Source: Hormiphora californensis (taxonomy: Eukaryota > Animalia > Ctenophora). Taken from it: a stretch of DNA of 64,000 nt. This document shows positions 61,315 to 64,000 of the stretch, in pieces. The notes beneath the pieces were generated by a model. The model was given only the letters and a program-made list of their open reading frames with translations, did not search any database and had not been told where the DNA came from. The DNA lies in contig CM035351.1 in NCBI GenBank assembly GCA_020137815.1, forward strand, positions 7,378,001 through 7,442,000, written 5' to 3'. The first letter of the stretch is position 1; each line of letters opens with the position of its first letter. Made by a program: the position numbers and the translations under genes.

Positions 61315-61582
61315 ATTTTGGCCTTGAAAAGCGCTGCCTTATCTTGCGCTGCCAGCAGCGTTTGCCAAATTTTGGCCTCTCCAGCTAAAGAACAATACAA
61401 TACAATACAAAATATAAATTTATAGTCCGCTTTTTAACTGTCCGATTTACGGCTCAGCACAAGTTCTGCTGCTGGGAGTCAGATTCATCATCACATCCTC
61501 TTTCATCCTCAACAGCCCTCGCTCCAAAAGCGGCTAGCTTTGCAACAAGATTATGATAGATCATGTAGTGGGAATAATAGTC

Positions 61583-62530
61583 CTATCCTACTTGGATTAG
61601 ATTGTTTTTGATATAGTATTTTCCGCCCGGGTCCTCTAAGCGGAGCTTTTTCAAGGTGGTGATAAGGGCTTTACGCTCCTTTATTTGGACTGGAGTTAAG
61701 TCTGGTGAAAAGTAAACAGCTGAGAAGTGTTCCGAGTTCTTCAGCTGACGTGACTTTTTCAGCAGCGCCATAAGTGTTGCTCGTTTTTCCAAAGAAACCA
61801 ATAGAGGTCGAGGGCCCTTTTCGTTTCTCTCGCCGATACGTTTTATGGAATTTACTTTTGGTTTTTCATTCAGCTCGGCAAACAAACCATCGACACTGTT
61901 CTTAGTCAGGCGTTCCGTTGTTTCTGGTATACCGAATATTACAAGATTTTTATCCCTCTCGGACAATGGTGCGTGAGTTGGTTCTTGAGAAGATTTTCTC
62001 ACCACCGGAGAGACTGCAGCACAGTTTTGAGCAAGAACAGTAGAGTAAGCTTTCACCTTCTGCACTGAGTTTGTCATTGAACTTAGTTGCTCCTGTTGAT
62101 TGTTGATGACGGTCTGCTGCAGCTCGATCACCGTAACACGGTGGCGGTCAAGTTCTTCTTTGCACTTACGAAACTCCTCCTCTAGTTTCCTCGTACTGCT
62201 AGCCTCATCAAGGCTATACATTGCACATTTCAGAAGTTTCACACCGGACAAAAAGGTTTTACATGTAGTGTCTATGATTTCCTCTTTAGATAAGGTCTTG
62301 AGAATATGTCTAAAGTGAGAGCATATATCGTCACTAGGTGAACCAAGTTTTGACTCAGGGAATTGTTTGATAAAGTTGTAGTTATTCGTTACTTGCTGCG
62401 GTTCAAAAGTTATCTCTTCCGAGGTATCCTCGTAGTCCATTCTCAAAATTTCCATAACATGGTCGTTCACTGCTTTTATCAATCGTTCATTCGTAGGGTT
62501 ATCGCCCTCGTTATCTTTCGTTCCCATCAC
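61583..62530 (-). CDS. CR1/L2-type LINE ORF1 protein (coiled coil plus RRM/CTD-like region)
   Basis: ERDKNLVIFGIPE, RIG...GPRPLLV and VYFSPDLT...ERKAL motifs. Confidence 0.75.
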   Translation of the reverse strand: MMGTKDNEGDNPTNERLIKAVNDHVMEILRMDYEDTSEEITFEPQQVTNNYNFIKQFPESKLGSPSDDICSHFRHILKTLSKEEIIDTTCKTFLSGVKLLKCAMYSLDEASSTRKLEEEFRKCKEELDRHRVTVIELQQTVINNQQEQLSSMTNSVQKVKAYSTVLAQNCAAVSPVVRKSSQEPTHAPLSERDKNLVIFGIPETTERLTKNSVDGLFAELNEKPKVNSIKRIGERNEKGPRPLLVSLEKRATLMALLKKSRQLKNSEHFSAVYFSPDLTPVQIKERKALITTLKKLRLEDPGGKYYIKNNLIQVG

Positions 62531-63398
62531 TACCTAGAGGCTCACGCCTCAAATTAATTTGTTTAAAGTAGTGTTGAAAAGTTTCAGCGTTACCTTATCT
62601 CACACTGCCTGTAGCATATTCCAACCTTTCTAGGTAGTTTATCTGGAATTTGGAGGCCGAATCACACCTCTGATCCCCACAAAGCTTTAGAATTGACATA
62701 AAAATTATCCAAAAACGTTTTAGTAGTGTCTCAGGACTCAGACCCAGGTACTTTAGATTCCAAAAACGTAATTCCTAAATCCTGGGGTACTAAAGCTCCG
62801 GAAACACTTGGCACATGCTACAGACCCATAGAAAGTGCGGGATAAGGGAGCGCTTTTCAACGAAAACACCAGAACCTGCCACCTGGAATAACCTGCACAC
62901 CAGGCTGCTCTCCACCGTGTAGCGGTGCAGAGCAGCCACTAGACACGAATCACGATGAGGTGTAAATCAGGTCACCATACAGTCCCCGTGTGGGTTGTGT
63001 AGGAACCTGGAATAACGGAATAGAAAATAGACTAAGTATGAAGTTTAATATTTTTTTTCCTGGGTCAATCGCAACGCTTGTGAAGGTCTCCCTGTACAAA
63101 GAGCGAAGAGAAACAGGGGACACAAATGAGGGTGAACCGTAGGTATTGTGTTAGGACACCCTGTATAAATGTTTATGTTACAATGTAAAACCTATGTTGT
63201 ATTGTGCAACAGCACAAAACCTAAGACGGCTAAGAGGCCATCAGTTGGGGTTTGTTAATTTTTCATTAGTTTTTACTTAACCTAAAATGTACTCTTCAAT
63301 ATCGGTTTTATGCCTCCATTGCCTCCAAGCTTATACCACTCACCAATAATTATCTAAAAACTTTTAGCTCAGCAGTGAATGGTTGATACCAATGGGGG

Positions 63399-64000
63399 AT
63401 GCCTTTTAAACAGCAATCATACGTAGCTACAGCCTTCAAAAACACCAAATGTGCCGACTGCGGGGCTCCTGGTGAGTGAGAATATATGGGGGGGGGGTCC
63501 AGCCCCCCATATTTGTATTTTATCCAGTTTGTTTGTTTTTGACAGAACACATTGATACCTACTGCCCTACATGTATGGAAGCACGCCCCCTCCCCCCTCC
63601 CCCCGGAAGCACATGTACGTGCTCTAAACCTAACATCCTAATATCTGCAGGTCCTGCTTGGGCGAGTGTAAACAAGGGAGTATTGGTGTGTAACGAGTGT
63701 TTCCAAATACACAGCACTCTAGGGCGGCATGTCAGTGATGTGGTATCTCTCTACCACGCTAGCTGGGCTCCTGCTCGACTACAGGTATGTTATTATTATT
63801 TGCACACACCAGAGCTAAGTGCAGTTCCTGCACACCTAGTTTCTCTGTACCATAGTTGTGTGTAGAATTGTGTGTCAGTGTGTAGCTTATGATGCATATT
63901 TCCCTGTATTATTATTTGTAAGGTAGTTGGTGATGATGTCTTATTTCAGCTGCTACAGTCTCTGGTACAGTGTGGTGCTAACAGGATATGGGAACATGAA
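63399..64000 (+). CDS. GIT: GIT-family ArfGAP, 5' part (runs off the window)
   Basis: Exons 63399-63471, 63651-63784 and 63950 onward: [36 protein letters not shown]...WAPARLQLLQSLVQCGANRIWEH. Confidence 0.88.

Noticed and set aside
50732-61368. One 10.6-kb transposon bounded by inverted ttggcaaacg…gcgcttttcaa motifs
   Set aside because: There is no TSD at the outer flanks and a third partial copy lies at about 62840. Independent repeat copies are more likely.

Overview
Intron-rich, repeat-rich animal genomic DNA. The GPCR and LINE ORF1 styles suggest a non-bilaterian such as a ctenophore, but that is inference only. Genes, left to right: a class A GPCR (-), a secreted beta-lactamase-family serine hydrolase (-), a transgelin/calponin-family gene (+), a papain-fold/ShKT/sushi/kringle mosaic protein (-), a CREB3-like bZIP (+), an AT-hook/SAP-like protein (-), a frameshifted GPCR (-), SLC25A39/40 (-), a glypican-like gene (+) and the 5' end of a GIT ArfGAP (+). 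Mobile elements include a TSD-bounded LOA-like LINE, a truncated CRE-like retroposon, an ORF1-only LINE and several MITEs. Three observations stand out. (1) The transgelin/calponin gene is a combinatorial cassette: 2 paralogous alternative start exons, 3 constant exons and 5 intact paralogous alternative last exons (plus 1 degenerate copy), with candidate docking/selector RNA pairings in the preceding intron. (2) A 1.3-kb Transib/RAG-type non-autonomous element has CACAGTG ends, a 5-bp TSD and an 11-bp left/right spacer asymmetry reminiscent of the 12/23 rule. (3) The papain-fold protein carries Ser in place of the catalytic Cys. Several single-base homopolymer frameshifts suggest imperfect assembly polishing. 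All exon boundaries and alignments were read by eye.
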